Source: Spirochaetota bacterium
Lineage (GTDB): Bacteria; Spirochaetota; UBA4802; JAFGDQ01
Direction of reading: 5' to 3'
Assembly: GCA_043803405.1 (NCBI GenBank)
Contig: JAZDKB010000019.1
Coordinates: 256,001 to 320,000, forward strand
Length of the DNA: 64,000 nt
Part shown: one piece after another, positions 60,189 through 64,000 of the stretch
How positions within the stretch are numbered: position 1 is the first letter of the stretch
How the letters are laid out: the number at the start of each line of letters is the position of its first letter
The notes under the pieces: model-generated
Database searches by the model: none
The model's input: only the letters and a program-made list of their open reading frames with translations
What the model was told of the DNA's origin: nothing
Position numbers and translations under genes: made by a program

Positions 60189-61190
60189 ATGCTGCCTGCT
60201 TCTTTCCCATATTGTTTTGCGCCAATGGATAATCTGAGCAACCCTGTGCTCAGAAATTTGATTGCCGCTACACTGCCGACCGGAACGCAGATGGCCTTTT
60301 TTAGCCCTGCAATTAATCCCAATTCAGTCCTGAGCAAAAGACCCAATTTGAAAGAAAATCTGCCGATTAATCCGGGTGAAATTCTATATTACAACATGAT
60401 GCACGGCGACCCGGATATTATACTTGCCGGAATGGAAAAAATGCTCGAGCTAAATCCCGCTGGATTTAACCTGAACTGCGGCTGTCCAAGGTCAAAAATC
60501 CAGAAAAAAGGGAAGTGTCCCATAGGCGTTGCACTGATGGATCATCCTGCGCAGGTCGCAGCTATTGTAAAGGCAGCGAAAAAGACATTCCCGTCTGTTC
60601 ATTTCAGCATCAAGATCAGGGCCGGCGTGCGGCACAACCTGCCGGCGCTCTATGACTTTTGCAGGCAGGCTGAAGATGCCGGATGCGACGCAATTATTTT
60701 TCATGCCCGTTCCGCTGAAGACCAGTTCAAAAGGCCTGCACGGCACACCATGTTCGGCGAGTTGAAGCAGCGTCTGGGCGTTCCGCTGATAGGTAACGGA
60801 GATATTATTACGGATGAACAGGCTGTTGCTGTGAAAGAGAAATACGGGCTTGATGGCGTAATGATAGGCAGGGGCGCTCTGCTTACTCCAGGCATATTCC
60901 GGGCAATTGCATACAGGCTGGCCGGAAAACCGCTTAGCCATCCTGTCATGTCGTGGACAGAAAAAAGGGATTTCCTGATGTGGTTTGTTCAGGCTACGGA
61001 AATTAAATTCGGAACAGCCGTTATGCTTCGCAGAACCAGGCTGTTTGCCCGCTGGCTGTGTCAGGGCCTGGAATCCGGGCTAGCGCTTGACGGCAATCTC
61101 CACAAAGCAAAAACTTTGGAAGATACGCTTGCAACAATTAATAAATTTTTTGAAAAGCCCAGAAGGCAGTACACAGATGTGATTTTATAA
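60189..61190 (+). CDS. tRNA-dihydrouridine synthase family protein
   Basis: FAPM, NLNCGCP, SIKIRAG, HAR, IGNGDI and GVMIGRGAL; start moved to ATG 60189, after the terminator. Confidence 0.88.
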   Translation: MLPASFPYCFAPMDNLSNPVLRNLIAATLPTGTQMAFFSPAINPNSVLSKRPNLKENLPINPGEILYYNMMHGDPDIILAGMEKMLELNPAGFNLNCGCPRSKIQKKGKCPIGVALMDHPAQVAAIVKAAKKTFPSVHFSIKIRAGVRHNLPALYDFCRQAEDAGCDAIIFHARSAEDQFKRPARHTMFGELKQRLGVPLIGNGDIITDEQAVAVKEKYGLDGVMIGRGALLTPGIFRAIAYRLAGKPLSHPVMSWTEKRDFLMWFVQATEIKFGTAVMLRRTRLFARWLCQGLESGLALDGNLHKAKTLEDTLATINKFFEKPRRQYTDVIL

Positions 61191-61300
61191 TCCTTCCATA
61201 ATTATTTTTCAGCAGGATTGTTTTTTTGCTATAATAAAAATATTAATCTGTGCATTCTTTCCGGACATTGCATGCAGAACTTCATCAAAATATATAATAT

Positions 61301-61500
61301 ACTTATTCAATTTGACTGATTTTTTTTACTTTCAAGATAAATGTCATAGTAATTATCAATTTTAAGGCGGCAGGATGCCGCCGCTAGCCGCTTCTTACAG
61401 GATGTATGCATTAGCGGCGAGAAAATTGATGATTACTATGACATTTATCCATAAGTTAACTTTAATATTACATAAAAAAAGTCAGCCAAGATGAGTTATT
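61301..61500. repeat. ~200-bp nested palindromic MITE-like element, subfamily B copy 2
   Basis: Inner inverted repeat 61336-61363/61422-61449 (27/28); core as in 37609-37666. Confidence 0.88.
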
Positions 61501-61526
61501 TAATAATAATATTCGATAATATTAAT

Positions 61527-62528
61527 ATGTTTGCCGACTATCAAATACATAATTTCATAAAAAGTTCAACCGGCGAATCCTATGAGGTCTCAAAGCTAAA
61601 GGGAGACGCGTCTGCCAGAGAATATTACAGGATCAATTCCGGCAATAAAAGTTATATGCTCTGCATAGATAATAATTTGAAGGGAATTACCCCGGAACAA
61701 TACGCGTTCTGCATTGTGCATAATTTATTAAGGAAGAACGGGATTCCTGTCCCGGATATTTACTCTATTGATGAAAAAGCAGGATTGCTTCTCATCCAGG
61801 ACCTGGGTGATTCTCTCATTGAGCAGAACTTTGAGAGCATGAGCAAAAGCGAACGCGCCGGGTTATACGGCGATCTTATCGACACAGTTGCAAAAATTCA
61901 ATTCATTAGCGGCGATGAAAAAACTGTTCCATTCAGTTTGTCTTTCGACGTTCCAAAGCTAATGTACGAGTTTAATTTTTTTATTGATAACGCCCTTATC
62001 GGTTATTTTAAATCCGGTATATCGGGTGATCTTCTTGAAGAGCTTCGCAGCGAATTTAATAAGATATCCGTGATCCTGTATAAGCCCGAACTTTTTGTTC
62101 TGAATCACAGGGATCTTCATAGCAGAAATATAATGATACGCGACAGCAAACCATACCTGATTGACTTTCAGGACGCGAGGATGGGACTGCCGCAGTATGA
62201 TGTGGTTTCTCTTTTGCGCGATTCATACCTGCGGATTGAAGACGGCCTTGTCGACAGTCTTAAAAAAAAGCATTTTAATATCCTGAAAGCGAGAGGTTAC
62301 AGCCGTATGGAGTACGACGAATACGAATATTATTTTGATATCATGGCCTTTCAGAGAAATGTAAAGGCACTCGGAACCTTCGGTTACCAGGTTACAACAT
62401 TGGGAAAGAATCTTTATCAAAGATATATTATGCCAACTATGGCGTATTTGAAGGATTATATTAAAAGAAGAAGCGACCTATCCGGGGCCGCAGGAATTCT
62501 AAAAAGATTTATAGAGGTGGACTGGTGA
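61527..62528 (+). CDS. AmgK-like anomeric sugar kinase (APH family)
   Basis: GDASAREYYR, QDLGD, HRDLHSRNIM, IDFQDA..G...YD.VSLL.D and QRNVKALGTF; start moved to 61527. Confidence 0.85.
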   Translation: MFADYQIHNFIKSSTGESYEVSKLKGDASAREYYRINSGNKSYMLCIDNNLKGITPEQYAFCIVHNLLRKNGIPVPDIYSIDEKAGLLLIQDLGDSLIEQNFESMSKSERAGLYGDLIDTVAKIQFISGDEKTVPFSLSFDVPKLMYEFNFFIDNALIGYFKSGISGDLLEELRSEFNKISVILYKPELFVLNHRDLHSRNIMIRDSKPYLIDFQDARMGLPQYDVVSLLRDSYLRIEDGLVDSLKKKHFNILKARGYSRMEYDEYEYYFDIMAFQRNVKALGTFGYQVTTLGKNLYQRYIMPTMAYLKDYIKRRSDLSGAAGILKRFIEVDW

Positions 62529-63457
62529 AGGGTTTTATTTTCGCGGCAGGCTTTGGGGAAAGGCTGCGGCCTCTTACAAACGAGATGCCAAAGTCACTTC
62601 TTCCTGTTCTAAATCTGCCGTCCATCTGCTATGCTGTTTTCCTTCTAAAGGAAGCCGGTATTGATCAGATAATATGCAATCTTCATTACAGGTATCAGGA
62701 TATAATTTATTTTTTCAGATTAAATAATAATTTTGGCCTTGATATTAAATTTTCCATAGAAGAGACGATACTTGGAACCGGCGGCGGTCTGAAGAAATGC
62801 GCGGATATGATAGGAGATTCGGATGTTCTGCTTTTAAACAGCGATGTTATTATTGATCTTGATCTGATATCGCTGATTATCTGCCACAGGGAGAATAAGT
62901 CGCCCGCTACTCTTGTTTTAAAAAAAACTGATGAAGCGCAGATCATTGGTCCGGTTAGCGTTGACAGGAACAGAATTACAGATTTTAAAAACTTTCTGGG
63001 GACAAATAGAATTTCCGAATATATATATACAGGGGCTGGAATTGTATCGCCTGTTATATTTGATTACCTTGTCAGCGACTTTTCCAGCGTAGTGTACACA
63101 GGTTACGTTGAGTTGATAAAGAAGCACTTTATAAGCTTTTATGAACACACGGGATACTGGCAGGATATCGGGACAATTGACTCGTACTGGAAAGCCAATA
63201 TTGATCTGATGAATAAATTCGGGAGCCTTGAGCAAAGAATGTTGCCTGTGCTCGGCATAGGCCCGAGTATTGTATTTCCTGACCGGGAAATAAAGAATGA
63301 AATAAACATCAGGGATTCTGTGATAGGGAAGGGCGCAACAATCGGGGACGGAGCTGTTATTGAGACATCGGTTTTGCTGCCAGGTTCGGTAGTAAAAAAG
63401 GGCGCATTGATCAGGGATTCGGTTGTTTTCAGGGATCGGATTTTCAAAGTAAAATAA
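62525..63457 (+). CDS. MurU-like nucleotidyltransferase with C-terminal hexapeptide repeats
   Basis: AAGFGERLRPLT..PKSL, LGTGGG, NSD and WQDIGT; overlaps the kinase stop. Confidence 0.85.
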   Translation: MKGFIFAAGFGERLRPLTNEMPKSLLPVLNLPSICYAVFLLKEAGIDQIICNLHYRYQDIIYFFRLNNNFGLDIKFSIEETILGTGGGLKKCADMIGDSDVLLLNSDVIIDLDLISLIICHRENKSPATLVLKKTDEAQIIGPVSVDRNRITDFKNFLGTNRISEYIYTGAGIVSPVIFDYLVSDFSSVVYTGYVELIKKHFISFYEHTGYWQDIGTIDSYWKANIDLMNKFGSLEQRMLPVLGIGPSIVFPDREIKNEINIRDSVIGKGATIGDGAVIETSVLLPGSVVKKGALIRDSVVFRDRIFKVK

Positions 63458-63505
63458 GCTTATTATGCAAATAGCATGATCCTTCATGCACAGTTCTGCT
63501 TTAAC

Positions 63506-63579
63506 GTGGTAAGGTGACAGGAAAGCTAATTGCAATGGGGAAGAATCCCCAGGCTCTACGTGTCAGCAAAGGAAACCAT
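63506..63579 (+). ncRNA. Candidate riboswitch (Na+-I/DUF1646-like) upstream of the SSS symporter
   Basis: Nested pairings GTGGT/ACCAT, TGACA/TGTCA and GGGGA/TCCCC, with TTGCAATGGG...CCAGG internal segments; family match is from memory. Confidence 0.45.
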
Positions 63580-63622
63580 TAATTTACACCAATAAACACG
63601 TCAAAAATCAACCGGTGAATAT

Positions 63623-64000
63623 ATGAACATAGATATCGCAATATTGTTTATTTATCTTATTGCAATAAACCTTATTGGAATTAAGTTTTCCGGGTTTAAA
63701 AACATAAACGAGTATTTTCTGGGAGGTAAATCGATACCGTGGATATTGATCTGTATATCGATAGTTGCTACTGAAACCAGTTCGCTTACATTTATATCTA
63801 TACCAGGGGTTTCGTATACAACAGACATGGGTTTTCTGCAGGTAGCATTCGGGCTATTAATCGGCAGAATACTTGTTGCCGTTATTCTGATCCCGAAGTA
63901 TTTCGAAGGTAATTTTGAGACAGTATACCAGTTTATCCAGGCCAGGTTCGGTATATCATCCAGAAAAGTAATTGCAATTGTGTTCCATGTGACCAGGCTT
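63623..64000 (+). CDS. Sodium:solute symporter (SSS family), N-terminal part, runs off the right edge
   Basis: MNIDIAILFIY...EYFLGGKSIPW...SIVATETSSLTFISIPG...YQFIQARFG. Confidence 0.88.
   Translation, partial: MNIDIAILFIYLIAINLIGIKFSGFKNINEYFLGGKSIPWILICISIVATETSSLTFISIPGVSYTTDMGFLQVAFGLLIGRILVAVILIPKYFEGNFETVYQFIQARFGISSRKVIAIVFHVTRL

Noticed and set aside
61491..61526. ORF-track start of the AmgK-like gene
   Set aside because: That ATG is part of the repeat terminus (AAGATGAGTT); ATG 61527 is more plausible.
1..64000. CRISPR array, prophage, integron or autonomous IS
   Set aside because: No regularly spaced repeats and no integrase, transposase or phage genes were seen; no att-like duplication of the tRNA 3' ends was noticed.

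Overview
A 64-kb, AT-rich, mostly housekeeping stretch of a bacterial chromosome. It most likely comes from an anaerobic spirochaete (inference): there are two FlaB-type flagellins starting MIINHN/MRINHN plus flaG-fliD, NfnAB and a PPi-type PFK. About 50 CDSs are recognisable, including ispF, tyrS, serA, uvrC, nfnAB, trpR-trpB2, proS, pfk, carB-pyrR-queD-folE-prs-mtnA-rpiB-metK-apt, argH, ispD, rfbAC, dus and amgK/murU-like genes. There are also two sodium:solute symporters cut by the window edges, a type II toxin-antitoxin pair and two tRNAs (Pro-TGG, Arg-TCT). I found no transposase, integrase, prophage, rRNA or CRISPR array. The unusual signal is non-coding. (1) A family of intergenic palindromic elements shares ACTCATC...GATGAGT ends. 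In each of two ~200-bp subfamilies the core is flipped relative to the outer arms between the two copies, and one core carries two consensus CsrA-type CAGGA(C/T)G hairpins. (2) An rRNA-type boxA (GTTCTTTGAAAAC) followed by a long structured leader precedes each flagellin gene. (3) Further CsrA-like GGA sites, a small upstream ORF before flaG, and a candidate Na+ riboswitch before the last symporter. All pairings and alignments were done by eye; no database or folding software was run.
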